From contig JBFGEI010000001.1 in the NCBI GenBank assembly GCA_041580155.1, positions 1 to 45,603 of the forward strand: a DNA stretch of 45,603 nucleotides. Reading direction: 5' to 3'. The notes under the pieces are model-generated. The model searched no databases. It was not told the DNA's origin and saw only the letters and a list, made by a program, of their open reading frames with translations. Positions 28,200 to 37,715 of this stretch are shown here, piece after piece. Made by a program: the position numbers and the translations under genes. The first letter of the stretch is position 1, and every line of letters starts with the position of its first letter. The DNA comes from Limimaricola sp. Its GTDB lineage: Bacteria; Pseudomonadota; Alphaproteobacteria; Rhodobacterales; Rhodobacteraceae.

Positions 28200-28937
28200 A
28201 TGCTGCCGATCCGCGACCACAACCCGTCGACCCGCGTGCCGCTGGTCACCTGGACGCTGATCGCGATCAACGTCGCGCTGCATCTCTGGCTGATGGCGGT
28301 GGTGCGCAGCGACGGCCAGCTGATGCAGCTCTATTACGACTGGGCGCTGATCCCGCAGCGGCTGGCGCAGCTCGATAATCCGGTCGCGTTGCTGAGCGCC
28401 ACCTTCCTGCATGGCGGGCTGCTGCACCTTGGCGGCAACATGCTGTTCCTGTTCATTTTCGGCGACAATCTAGAGGAAGAGATGGGGCATGGCGGGTTCC
28501 TGGCCTTCTACCTCGGAGCCGGTGTCGCGGCCAACCTCGTGCAGTTCGCCGCGGCGCCGTGGTCGCCGGTGCCGGTGATCGGCGCCTCGGGCGCCATCGC
28601 CGGGGTGATGGGCGGCTACCTGCTGCTGTTCCCGCGCGCCAGGGTCGACATATTGATCTTCCTGGTGGTGTTCGTCCGGGTGATCCCGGTCCCGGCCTGG
28701 ATCATGCTGGGGCTGTGGTTCGGGCTGCAGCTGCTGGGCGGTGTCGCCAGCGACGCGGCCAGCGGCGGCGTCGCCTACTGGGCCCATGCCGGCGGCTTCG
28801 TCATCGGCCTCGGCCTGGCGCTGCCGCTCTGGCTGCGGCGCGGCGCGCTGCGGTTCTGGCGTCGTACCCATGGTCAGCCGCCGCACCCGCCGTCGCTGGC
28901 GCACAGCAACATCCCGATCGTGCGGCGACGCAAATGA
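28200..28937 (+). CDS. Rhomboid family intramembrane serine protease
   Basis: FLHGGLLHLGGNMLFLFIFGDNLE, GASG, AYWAHAGGF. Confidence 0.92.
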   Translation: MLPIRDHNPSTRVPLVTWTLIAINVALHLWLMAVVRSDGQLMQLYYDWALIPQRLAQLDNPVALLSATFLHGGLLHLGGNMLFLFIFGDNLEEEMGHGGFLAFYLGAGVAANLVQFAAAPWSPVPVIGASGAIAGVMGGYLLLFPRARVDILIFLVVFVRVIPVPAWIMLGLWFGLQLLGGVASDAASGGVAYWAHAGGFVIGLGLALPLWLRRGALRFWRRTHGQPPHPPSLAHSNIPIVRRRK

Positions 28938-28943
28938 CGATCC

Positions 28944-28986
28944 GGCAAGGTCGGGCCGGCCCGACGGTCCTTGCCATCGGGCCGGC
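28944..28986. terminator. Inverted repeats between convergent rhomboid and suhB (possible bidirectional terminator)
   Basis: GCCGGCCCGA(28955-64)/TCGGGCCGGC(28977-86). An alternative pairing is GGCAAGG/CCTTGCC. Confidence 0.45.
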
Positions 28987-28992
28987 GGGGTC

Positions 28993-29787
28993 TCAGGCCT
29001 CGCGGGCGCGGACCACCTTGGCGAAGCGTTCGAAGATATCGCCGTTCGCGGCCACGATGTTGCCGTGGACCAGCGGGTCCTGGCCGTCGCGGATCGGGCC
29101 GACGAAGCCACCGGCCTCAAGCAGGATGATGGTGCCGGCGGCAATGTCCCACACCTGCAGCTCACGCTCCCAGTAGCCTTCGGTGCGACCGGCGGCGACA
29201 TAGGCGAGGTTCAGCGAGGCGGCGCCGTACTGGCGGATGCCGGCGACCTCGGGGGTGATCCGGGCCAGGTCCTGCAGCATCGCCGGCAGCGTCCGCCGGC
29301 CGGCGCAGGGCACGCCGGTCGAGAAGATCGATTCGACCATCCGGTGCCGGCCCGAGACCCGCATCCGGCTTTCGTTCATCCAAGCGCCCTCGCCCTTCTC
29401 GGCGTAGAACATCTCGTCCTTGACCGGGTCGTAGATCACCCCGGCGACGATCTTGCCCTTGTGCTCGAGCGCGATCGACACCGCCCAGTGCGGCATCCCG
29501 TGCAGGAAGTTGGTGGTGCCGTCGAGCGGGTCGACGATCCAGCGCCGGGTCGGGTCTTCACCCTCGATCGCGCCGCCCTCTTCGCCGAGAAAGCCGTAGG
29601 CCGGCCGCGCCTCCTGCAGCGCCTCGCGGATCGTCTGCTCGGCCTGGCGGTCGGCGCGGGTGACGAAATCGCCCGGGCCCTTGGTCGACACCTGGAGCTG
29701 TTCGACCTCGCTGAAGTCCTTGAGCAGCGCCCGGCCGGCGCGGCGGGCGGTCTTCATCATCACGTTGAGGTTCGCACTACGGGCCAT
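28993..29787 (-). CDS. suhB: Inositol monophosphatase family protein SuhB
   Basis: DFVTRAD, GEE, WIVDPLDGTTNF, GAASLNLAYVAAGR, WDIAAG. Confidence 0.9.
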   Translation of the reverse strand: MARSANLNVMMKTARRAGRALLKDFSEVEQLQVSTKGPGDFVTRADRQAEQTIREALQEARPAYGFLGEEGGAIEGEDPTRRWIVDPLDGTTNFLHGMPHWAVSIALEHKGKIVAGVIYDPVKDEMFYAEKGEGAWMNESRMRVSGRHRMVESIFSTGVPCAGRRTLPAMLQDLARITPEVAGIRQYGAASLNLAYVAAGRTEGYWERELQVWDIAAGTIILLEAGGFVGPIRDGQDPLVHGNIVAANGDIFERFAKVVRAREA

Positions 29788-30032
29788 CGGGGCCTCCCTG
29801 GCTGGGCTGTCGGCGGCCCCGGGGGCCATGTGAATGTCTTGGATCGTCAGGGGCTATAGGCCCTCGACCCGCGCGCGGCAAGAGCCCGCCCGGCGCCACG
29901 CCGATGCGCGGCGGCCGCGGCGCCGCCGATAGGTCGCCTTCGAGCGAATTTCCCCGCTTCGGCCACAATGCCTTAAGCCGATATTCCACCCCCCTGAGCG
30001 ACGGTTGCAGCACGACAACCGATGGCAGGCAG

Positions 30033-31979
30033 ATGATCGCGCGTTTTTTCGACCAGCTCCGGCACGAAACCCGTTTCGTGTTCCTCATCTCGCGGCGCGG
30101 CCTGGTCAAGCGGCTGGTCGTGATGTCGATGATGTTGGCGATCTGCCTCTATGCTGGCAAACTCGCCGAGGTCCGGGTGGTCGCGCAGCTGGTCGTTCTG
30201 GCCGAGGCGCTGGCGTTGGTGCTGCAGCGGCTGCAGCCGGGCGAGGATGCCGATGCCGGTCCCAGGCTTGCCGCCGCGATGTGGGGCGTCAACGTCGGCT
30301 CGACGCTGATCTACCTGCTGCCGTCGATGCTGCTGGCGGAACAGGACTCGGTGCCGCTGCTGCTGGTCGGGGTGATCTGGCTGTTCGGCATCTATGTCCA
30401 TATTTCCAACAGCTTCGTGGCGCTGCCTGTGCACAACTGGAGCCAGATGCTGCCGGCCTTCGCGATGGCGATCGTGGTCTTCGCCTGCACCCCCGGGATC
30501 AGCTTCGAGTCGCGGTCGCCGATGTATGAATGGGCGATGCCGGCGATGCTGATGCTGATCTACGGCAGCCATACCTTTGAATCGCTCACCTTGCAGAAGG
30601 ACACGCAGCGGGCGCTCGACGACGCCCGCGCCGAGGCCAATGCCCGGCTGCTCACGCTCGAACACATGACACGTCACGACGGCCTTACCGGGCTGCTGAC
30701 CCGGCGCGCCTTTGACGAGGGGCTGGCCAAGCTGCTGGAGCGGCGCCGCGACGGGCGCGAGGTCGCGGTGATGCTGTTCGACCTGGACGGCTTCAAACCG
30801 ATCAACGACACCTACAGCCACGACGCCGGCGACCGGGTGCTGGTGGTGATCGCCGAACGGCTGGCCAGGCTGGTCGGCGGCGAATCGCTGGCCGGCCGGC
30901 TTGGCGGCGACGAATTCGTGCTCGCGGTGTCGGGACTCGACTCGGCGGCGACCGGGATGAAGCTGGCCCATGCCGCGCTGCGCGAGATCGAGAGCCCGAT
31001 CGACTACGAGGAGCGCGAGCTGCGGGTCGGCGCCAGCGTCGGCATCGCGCTGACCGGACGCTGCGACGACGACAGCGTGCCGGGGCTTTGCGCCGCCGCC
31101 GACCAGGCGATGTACGACGCCAAGGATCGCGGCGCCAACAAGGTGGTGCTGTATGATCCCGCCGCCTTCGCGCCGCGGCCCAGCGCCGACGACCGGCTGG
31201 CGCTGACCCGGGCGCTCGACGATGGCGCGATCCGGCCGCATTACCAGCCGGTGGTCCGGCTCGACACCGGCGAGACCTGCGGATTCGAGGCGCTGCCTGT
31301 GTGGCACCACCCGACCCGCGGCGTGCTGGGGTCCGACCAGTTCATGCCGCTGCTGAGCGAGCTTGGCCTGCAGGGCGACTTCATGAACCGGATGGCGCGG
31401 CGGGTGCTGGCGGATCTTTCGCTGCTGCTGGTCGAGGGCTTCGACCCCGGGCGGGTTTCGGTCGATCTCTCGGAGGTGGCGCTCGCCACCCAGAGCGGCT
31501 GCGCCGAGCTCGAGCGGGCGCTGGCGATCCACCCCGACGCGGCCGGGCATCTGACGCTGGAGATCTCCGAGGCGGTGTTCGACGGCCGCTCGGGCGGGCT
31601 GATCCGCGCAAGCCTGCTGCAGCTGCGCCGCGCCGCGATGCGGATGTCGCTCGACGGGTTCGGCACCGGCTTCGCGTCGTTCCAGCAGCTGCGCCAGCTC
31701 GACTTCGAAGAGCTGAAGATCGCCCCGGCGATCATCGCCGGGCTTGGCACCGACCGCGCCGCCGAGGTGCTGATCGGCGGCGTGCTCGGGATTGCCCGCG
31801 GCCTCGAGGTCGCGGCGGTGGCCGAGGGCATCGAGAACGAGGACCAGCTGGCGCACCTGCGGCGCATGGGCTGCGTCTACGGCCAGGGCGACCTGTTCGG
31901 CGGCGCCGAGCCGCTCGACGCGGTGCGCTGCCGGCTGTTCAGCGAACAGCCGCCGCGGCAGGCCGCCGCGGGCGCCTGA
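30033..31979 (+). CDS. Membrane-bound GGDEF-EAL protein (intact GGDEF, degenerate EAL)
   Basis: Several N-terminal TM helices, HDGLTGL, DLDGFK.IND, GGDEF. The EAL part reads EALPV, DGFGTG, KIA. Confidence 0.88.
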   Translation: MIARFFDQLRHETRFVFLISRRGLVKRLVVMSMMLAICLYAGKLAEVRVVAQLVVLAEALALVLQRLQPGEDADAGPRLAAAMWGVNVGSTLIYLLPSMLLAEQDSVPLLLVGVIWLFGIYVHISNSFVALPVHNWSQMLPAFAMAIVVFACTPGISFESRSPMYEWAMPAMLMLIYGSHTFESLTLQKDTQRALDDARAEANARLLTLEHMTRHDGLTGLLTRRAFDEGLAKLLERRRDGREVAVMLFDLDGFKPINDTYSHDAGDRVLVVIAERLARLVGGESLAGRLGGDEFVLAVSGLDSAATGMKLAHAALREIESPIDYEERELRVGASVGIALTGRCDDDSVPGLCAAADQAMYDAKDRGANKVVLYDPAAFAPRPSADDRLALTRALDDGAIRPHYQPVVRLDTGETCGFEALPVWHHPTRGVLGSDQFMPLLSELGLQGDFMNRMARRVLADLSLLLVEGFDPGRVSVDLSEVALATQSGCAELERALAIHPDAAGHLTLEISEAVFDGRSGGLIRASLLQLRRAAMRMSLDGFGTGFASFQQLRQLDFEELKIAPAIIAGLGTDRAAEVLIGGVLGIARGLEVAAVAEGIENEDQLAHLRRMGCVYGQGDLFGGAEPLDAVRCRLFSEQPPRQAAAGA

Positions 31980-32000
31980 CCCCGCCGCCCTGCCCGCGGT

Positions 32001-32906
32001 TCAGCCGCGCTGCAGCTTGACCGCCTCCTGCCGGGCCAAGCGGATCAGATGCGCCATGTAGGGCCGCGCGGTGTCCTCGGCCCGGGTCGCGGCATAGAGC
32101 CTGCGGGTGACCCCGGTCTCGGTCAGCGGCCGGGTCACGTAGTCCGAATTGTAGCGCACCTGCCGCACCACCCAGTCGGGCAGCACCGCGACGCCGCGAT
32201 TCGACGCGACCAGCAGCAGGATCACCGCGGTCAGCTCGACCTGGCGGATCGCGGCGGGTTCGACCTTGGCCGGGGTCAGAAGCTCGGTGAACACGTCGAG
32301 CCGCGACCGCTCCACCGGATAGGTGATCAGCGTCTGGCCACGGAAATCCGCCGCCTCAATGAACTTCTTTTCGGCCAATGGATGCGCCGCCGAGGCGACG
32401 AACACCGGCTCGTAATCGAACAGCGGCGTGAAATCGGTCTCGGGCAGCGCCTCGGGGTCCGACGAGATCACCAGGTCGACCAGCTCGCGCTTCAGCGCCG
32501 GCAGCGCGTCGAAGGCAAGGCCGGGGCGGATGTCGACATCGACCTCGGGCCAGGCCTTGCGGAACTGCTCGAGCACCGGCAGCAGCCATTCGAAGCAGGC
32601 GTGGCATTCGATGGCGATGTGCAGCCGGCCCGACTTGCCGGCGATCAGCCCGGCGAACTCGGCCTCGAGCTCGGCGACCCGCGGCAGGATGTCTTCGGCG
32701 GCGGCCAAGAGCTTCATCCCGGCCGAGGAAAGCTTCAGCGGCTTCGAGCGACGCACGAACAGCTCGACCCCGGCCTGGTCCTCGATGCCCTTGATCTGGT
32801 GGCTCAGCGCCGACTGGGTGATGTTGAGCTGATCGGCGGCGCGGGCCAGGCCGCCGGTGTCATGGATCGCCTTGATGGTGCGCAGGTGGCGGAACTCGAT
32901 GTGCAA
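32001..32906 (-). CDS. metR: LysR-family regulator MetR
   Basis: TTG start, MHIEFRHL, TQSALSHQ, IECHACFEWL, ITYPV...RLD. Divergent from metF. Confidence 0.92.
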   Translation of the reverse strand: MHIEFRHLRTIKAIHDTGGLARAADQLNITQSALSHQIKGIEDQAGVELFVRRSKPLKLSSAGMKLLAAAEDILPRVAELEAEFAGLIAGKSGRLHIAIECHACFEWLLPVLEQFRKAWPEVDVDIRPGLAFDALPALKRELVDLVISSDPEALPETDFTPLFDYEPVFVASAAHPLAEKKFIEAADFRGQTLITYPVERSRLDVFTELLTPAKVEPAAIRQVELTAVILLLVASNRGVAVLPDWVVRQVRYNSDYVTRPLTETGVTRRLYAATRAEDTARPYMAHLIRLARQEAVKLQRG

Positions 32907-32947
32907 ATGAAACTCATCATCGTGGTGAGGGTTATGAATTTGTCTCA
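32907..32947. promoter_or_regulatory. Putative MetR binding sites
   Basis: ATGA-N6-TCAT (32907-32920) and TGAA-N5-CTCA (32935-32947, T-N11-A) in the metR/metF gap, similar to TGAA-N5-TTCA. Confidence 0.55.
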
Positions 32948-32991
32948 CGTCGCCGGTTCTGCGACAAGGGCTGCAACACAGGAGAACATCC

Positions 32992-33858
32992 ATGACCCGC
33001 CCCGCAGTCAGCTTTGAATTCTTTCCGCCGAAGAACCTCGAAGGCTCGTTCCGCCTTTGGGACTGCGTGCAGGCGCTGGCGCCGATGGCCCCGGAGTTCG
33101 TTTCGGTCACCTACGGCGCCGGCGGCACCACCCGCCAGCTGACCCACGAGGCGGTGGCTACGATCCACAAGACCTCGGGGCTGCGGGTCGCGGCGCATCT
33201 GACCTGCGTCGACGCCACCCGCGAGGAAACCCTCGAGATCGCCCGCGGCTACGCCGAAGCCGGCGTCGCCGAGATCGTGGCGCTTCGCGGCGATCCGCCG
33301 AAGGGCTCGGGTGGGTTCGTGGCGCATCCCGACGGTTTTGCCGGGTCGGTCGAGCTGATCGAGGCGCTGGCCGCCACCGGCAAGTTCCGGATCCGGGTCG
33401 GCGCCTATCCCGAACCGCATCCCGACGCCGCCTCGCCGCTGGCCGATGTCGAGCATCTCAAGCGCAAGATCGACGCCGGCGCGCATAGCGCGATCACCCA
33501 ATTCTTCTTCGAGGCCGACACCTTCTTCCGGTTCCGCGACGCCTGCGCCAAGGCCGGCATCGACGCGCCGATCATTCCGGGCATCCTGCCGATCGAGAAC
33601 TGGAAGGGCGCGCAGAAATTCGCCGGGCTCTGCGGCACCCATATCCCGCAGGTGGTGTCGGACGCCTTCGAGCATGCGACCCGCGACGGCAATTGCGACC
33701 TGCTGGCCACCGCGCTGGCGACCGAGCTGTGCGACGACCTGCTGCGCGGCGGGGTCGAGCACCTGCACTTCTACACGCTCAACAAGCCCGACCTGACCCG
33801 CGACGTGTGCAACGCGCTGGGCATCGCGCCGAAGCCGGCGCTGCAGCAAGTCGCCTGA
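32992..33858 (+). CDS. metF: 5,10-methylenetetrahydrofolate reductase
   Basis: SFEFFPPK, VTYGAGG, AHLTC, ALRGD, AYPEPH, ITQFFF, HFYTLN. Confidence 0.97.
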   Translation: MTRPAVSFEFFPPKNLEGSFRLWDCVQALAPMAPEFVSVTYGAGGTTRQLTHEAVATIHKTSGLRVAAHLTCVDATREETLEIARGYAEAGVAEIVALRGDPPKGSGGFVAHPDGFAGSVELIEALAATGKFRIRVGAYPEPHPDAASPLADVEHLKRKIDAGAHSAITQFFFEADTFFRFRDACAKAGIDAPIIPGILPIENWKGAQKFAGLCGTHIPQVVSDAFEHATRDGNCDLLATALATELCDDLLRGGVEHLHFYTLNKPDLTRDVCNALGIAPKPALQQVA

Positions 33859-33953
33859 TCGCGTCTTCCGGGCGCCGTCGCGGCGCCCGGGGACCGCGAA
33901 GTTTGCGAACCCGGCCCCTAGCCGGGCCGCCGGGTGGCGCTACCCTCGGTGGC

Positions 33954-34973
33954 ATGGCGCAGCTTCTCACCTTCACCGACAGCGGGATCTACTGCCCGGC
34001 GGGCGATTTCTACATCGATCCCTGGCGCCCGGTCGACCGGGCGCTGATCACCCATGGCCATGCCGACCACGCCCGCGACGGCATGTCGCGCTATCTCGCG
34101 ACCGACATCGCCGCGCCGGTGATGCGGCACCGGCTGGGCGACATCGCGCTCGACACCATTCGCTACGGCGAGGTGCGGCGCATCGGCGACGTCAGCGTGT
34201 CGTTCCACCCGGCCGGCCACGTTCCCGGGTCGGCGCAGATAAGGGTCGAGCATCGCGGCGAGGTCTGGGTCGCCTCGGGCGATTACAAGACCGTGGCGGA
34301 CGGGCTGTCGACGCCGTTCGAGCCGGTGAAGTGCCACGCCTTCATCACCGAATCGACCTTCGGCCTGCCGGTGTTCACCTGGACCGACCAGGCCACGCTG
34401 GCGGCGCAGATCAACGATTGGTGGGCCGGCAACGCCGCCGAGGGCCGGCATTCGCTGATCGGCGCCTATGCGCTGGGCAAGGCGCAGCGGATCCTGACGC
34501 TTGTCGATACCTCGATCGGGCCGATCCTGACCCATGGCGCGATCGAGAATACCAACGAGGTGCTGCGGGCGCAGGGCATCGCGCTGCCCCCGACCATCCG
34601 GGTCACGCCGGATCTCGATATCAAGGCGCATCCCGGCGCGCTGGTGATCGCCACGCCTTCAGCGCTGGCCGGAACCTGGGCGCGCCGCTTCGGCCAGGCC
34701 TCGACCAGCTTTGCCAGCGGCTGGATGGCGCTGCGCGGGGTGCGCCGCAGGCGCGCCGCCGATCGCGGCTTCATCATGTCGGACCATGCCGACTGGCCCG
34801 GGCTGAACACGGCGATCCGCGCCACCGGGGCCGAGCGCATTTTCGTCACCCACGGCTACACCAGCGTGTTTCGCCGCTGGCTCGAGGCGGAAGGCTACGA
34901 CGCCGCCGTGGTCTCGACCGAATACGAGGGCGAAGGCTTCGACGCAGAGGACCGCGAGGGCGACGCTGCATGA
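33954..34973 (+). CDS. Ligase-associated DNA damage response exonuclease (metallo-beta-lactamase/beta-CASP)
   Basis: IDPWRPV, THGHADH, PAGHVPGSAQ, SGDYK, TESTFGLP, YALGKAQR, SGWM, SDHADW, THG. Confidence 0.92.
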   Translation: MAQLLTFTDSGIYCPAGDFYIDPWRPVDRALITHGHADHARDGMSRYLATDIAAPVMRHRLGDIALDTIRYGEVRRIGDVSVSFHPAGHVPGSAQIRVEHRGEVWVASGDYKTVADGLSTPFEPVKCHAFITESTFGLPVFTWTDQATLAAQINDWWAGNAAEGRHSLIGAYALGKAQRILTLVDTSIGPILTHGAIENTNEVLRAQGIALPPTIRVTPDLDIKAHPGALVIATPSALAGTWARRFGQASTSFASGWMALRGVRRRRAADRGFIMSDHADWPGLNTAIRATGAERIFVTHGYTSVFRRWLEAEGYDAAVVSTEYEGEGFDAEDREGDAA

Positions 34974-36574
34974 AACGCTTTGCAGAGCTGTTCCGCGCCG
35001 TCGACCAGACCACCCGCACCAGCCTGAAGGTGGCGGCGATGGCGGCGTATTTCCGCGACGCGCCGGACGCCGACAAGCTGTGGTGCGTGGCGCTGTTTTC
35101 CGGCCGTCGGCCGCGCCGGGCGATCACCACCACCGTGCTGCGCGAATGGGCCGCGGAACGCGCCGGCATCCCGCTGTGGCTGTTCGAGGAGAGCTACCCG
35201 ATCGTCGGCGACCTGGCCGAGACCATCGCGCTGATCCTGCCGCCGCCGGATCACGAGACCGACCTGCCGCTGAGCCACTGGATCGACGAGATCCGCGCCC
35301 TGTCGGCGCAGGATGACGCCGCGCGCAAGGCCGGGATCCTGAAGGCCTGGGACAGCCTCGGGGTAACCGAGCGGCTGCTGTTCACCAAGCTGCTGACCGG
35401 CGGCTTCCGGGTCGGCGTCAGCCAGAAGCTGATGACGCGGGCGCTGGCCCAGGCCACCGGCATCGACGAGCCCGAGCTGACGCATCGGCTGATGGGGTCC
35501 TGGACCCCGGAGAACGTCAGCTGGGACAGCCTGATCCACACCCCCGATCCGACCGCGGCCCTGAGCCGGCCCTACCCGTTCTACCTGGCCTACCAGCTCG
35601 ACGATCCGGAAAGCCTCGGCGATCCGGCCGACTGGATGGCCGAGCGCAAGTGGGATGGCATCCGCGGTCAGCTGATCCTGCGCGGCGGCGACCACCACCT
35701 GTGGTCGCGCGGCGAAGAGCTGATGACCGACCGGTTTCCCGAGCTGGCCCGGCTGAAGGATTTCCTGCCCGACGGCACCGTGTTCGACGGCGAGGTGCTG
35801 GCATGGGGCGACGGCGCGCCGCTGTCGTTCAACGCGCTGCAGAAACGGATCGGCCGCAAGACCGTGCCGAAGAAGCTGCTGCTCGAGGCGCCGGTGATCC
35901 TGATGGCCTATGACCTGCTGGAACAGGCGGGCGAGGATCTGCGCGGCACCAGCTTCGCCGATCGCCGCGCCCGGCTCGAGGCGCTGACCGCCGATCTGCC
36001 GACCGAGGCGCCACTGCGGCTGTCGCCGCTGGTGCCGGTCGAAAGCCTCGAGCAGCTGGCGGCGGAGCGGGCGAAGTCGCGCGACCTGATGGCCGAGGGG
36101 CTGATGCTGAAGCGCCGTGCCTCGCCGTATCTGGCCGGGCGCAAGAAGGGCGACTGGTGGAAGTGGAAGGTCGACCCGCTGACCATCGACGCGGTAATGA
36201 TCTACGCGCAGGCCGGGTCGGGCCGCCGCGCCAACCTGTTCACCGACTTCACCTTCGCGGTGCGCGACGGCAACGCGCTGGTGCCCTTCACCAAGGCCTA
36301 CAGCGGGCTGACCGACGCCGAGTTCCGCAAGATCACCGCCTGGGTGCGGAAAAACACGCTGGAACGCTTCGGACCGGTGCGCCAGGTCAAACCGGAACAT
36401 GTTTTCGAGATCGGCTTCGAAGGCATCCAGTCCAGCCCGCGGCACAAGTCCGGCGTGGCGCTGCGGTTTCCGCGGATGCTGCGCTGGCGCCACGACAAGC
36501 CGCTGGACGAGATCAACACGCTCGGGGATCTGAAGGAGATGCTCGCCACCTACGGAGGAGACACCGCGCCATGA
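34970..36574 (+). CDS. ATP-dependent DNA ligase (exonuclease-associated type)
   Basis: VGDLAET, RPYPFYLA, ERKWDGIR (adenylation lysine), DGE, YDLL, EGLMLK, WWKWK, LRFPR. Confidence 0.94.
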   Translation: MKRFAELFRAVDQTTRTSLKVAAMAAYFRDAPDADKLWCVALFSGRRPRRAITTTVLREWAAERAGIPLWLFEESYPIVGDLAETIALILPPPDHETDLPLSHWIDEIRALSAQDDAARKAGILKAWDSLGVTERLLFTKLLTGGFRVGVSQKLMTRALAQATGIDEPELTHRLMGSWTPENVSWDSLIHTPDPTAALSRPYPFYLAYQLDDPESLGDPADWMAERKWDGIRGQLILRGGDHHLWSRGEELMTDRFPELARLKDFLPDGTVFDGEVLAWGDGAPLSFNALQKRIGRKTVPKKLLLEAPVILMAYDLLEQAGEDLRGTSFADRRARLEALTADLPTEAPLRLSPLVPVESLEQLAAERAKSRDLMAEGLMLKRRASPYLAGRKKGDWWKWKVDPLTIDAVMIYAQAGSGRRANLFTDFTFAVRDGNALVPFTKAYSGLTDAEFRKITAWVRKNTLERFGPVRQVKPEHVFEIGFEGIQSSPRHKSGVALRFPRMLRWRHDKPLDEINTLGDLKEMLATYGGDTAP

Positions 36575-37647
36575 GCAGGATCATCGCCTGGATCACCGGC
36601 CTGGCCCTGCTTGGCCTGGGCACCATGTCGCTGCTGCCGCTGGTGGACACTGATGCTTGGTGGGTGCGCTATCTCGATTTCCCGCGGTTGCAGTTCTCGG
36701 CGTTGCTGCTGCTGGTCTGGGCGGTGTTCGCGCTGACCGGCGCTTGGCGCCGCGGCGCCGGTCGTTGGCTGACGCTGCTGACCCTGCTGGCGCTGGGCTA
36801 CCACGGCTACCGGCTTTGGCCCTACCAGCCGCTGGCGCAGATCGCGGCGCCGACGGTGGCGACCTGCGCCCCCGGCGACCGCCTGTCGATCCTGGTCGCC
36901 AATCTCAAGCGCGACAACCGGCAGGACGGCGCGGCGCTGGCGATGCTGCGCGACCAGGACCCGGACCTGTTCCTGGCGATGGAGACCGGCCCGTGGTGGG
37001 AAGCGGCCCTGGCGCCGCTGGACGCGCGCTACCCGCACGCCGCGAAGCACCTGCCGGAGAACGCGACGCATTACGGCATGCATCTCTTTTCCAAGCTGCC
37101 GCTCGAGAAGATCGATATCCGCCTGTCGTTCGGCTCCGACACGCCGATGATCTTCGCCGAGGTGGTGCACCCGGCGGCGCGGCTGCAGTTCATCGGCGTG
37201 CATCCGCGGCCGCCGCTGGCGTTTTCGCAATCCACCACCCTGCGTGACGCGACCCTGTTGCTGGCCGGGCGCGAGGCCTGGGCCGCGCCGCTGCCGTCGA
37301 TCGTCGCCGGCGATCTCAACGCCGCCCCGTGGGAGCGCACCGCCCGGCGCATGCTGCGGCTGGGCGGGCTTGTCGATCCGCGCCAGGGGCGCGGCCCGAT
37401 GTCGAGCTTCCACGCGCAGCAGTGGTGGATGACCTGGCCGCTCGATACCGTGATGTGGCGGCCGGGTCCGGGGCTGCTGAACTTCGAGGTGCTGCCCGAC
37501 ATCGGATCGGATCACTTCCCGGTCCGCGCCGACCTGTGCCTGACCGGCGGCGCGGTGCAGCAGCCGCCCCGCCCGCGCCCCGGCGATGCCGAAGAGGCCG
37601 AGGCAACCTTCACCGCCGCAAGGGCGCTGAACGGCGCGGATGGCTGA
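36571..37647 (+). CDS. Membrane-anchored endonuclease/exonuclease/phosphatase (EEP, YafD-like) protein
   Basis: Three N-terminal TM segments, LVANL, DLFLAME, GDLN, PLD, GSDHFPV. ATGA overlap with the ligase and SD GGAGG. Confidence 0.85.
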   Translation: MSRIIAWITGLALLGLGTMSLLPLVDTDAWWVRYLDFPRLQFSALLLLVWAVFALTGAWRRGAGRWLTLLTLLALGYHGYRLWPYQPLAQIAAPTVATCAPGDRLSILVANLKRDNRQDGAALAMLRDQDPDLFLAMETGPWWEAALAPLDARYPHAAKHLPENATHYGMHLFSKLPLEKIDIRLSFGSDTPMIFAEVVHPAARLQFIGVHPRPPLAFSQSTTLRDATLLLAGREAWAAPLPSIVAGDLNAAPWERTARRMLRLGGLVDPRQGRGPMSSFHAQQWWMTWPLDTVMWRPGPGLLNFEVLPDIGSDHFPVRADLCLTGGAVQQPPRPRPGDAEEAEATFTAARALNGADG

Positions 37648-37652
37648 CACGG

Positions 37653-37681
37653 GTTGAGTCGCCCCGACCCGGACCATATCT
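37653..37681 (+). promoter_or_regulatory. Putative RpoH-type promoter of pepF
   Basis: GTTGAG...CCATATCT (TTG-N18-CATAT) upstream of a protease gene. Confidence 0.45.
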
Positions 37682-37715
37682 CTTGCCCCTGACATTCCCG
37701 AAAGAAGGCCTGCAC

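Noticed and set aside
32907-32991. SAM riboswitch expected near metF or metG
   Set aside because: No SAM-II or SAM-SAH consensus is recognisable in the short gaps. MetR sites explain the metF region.
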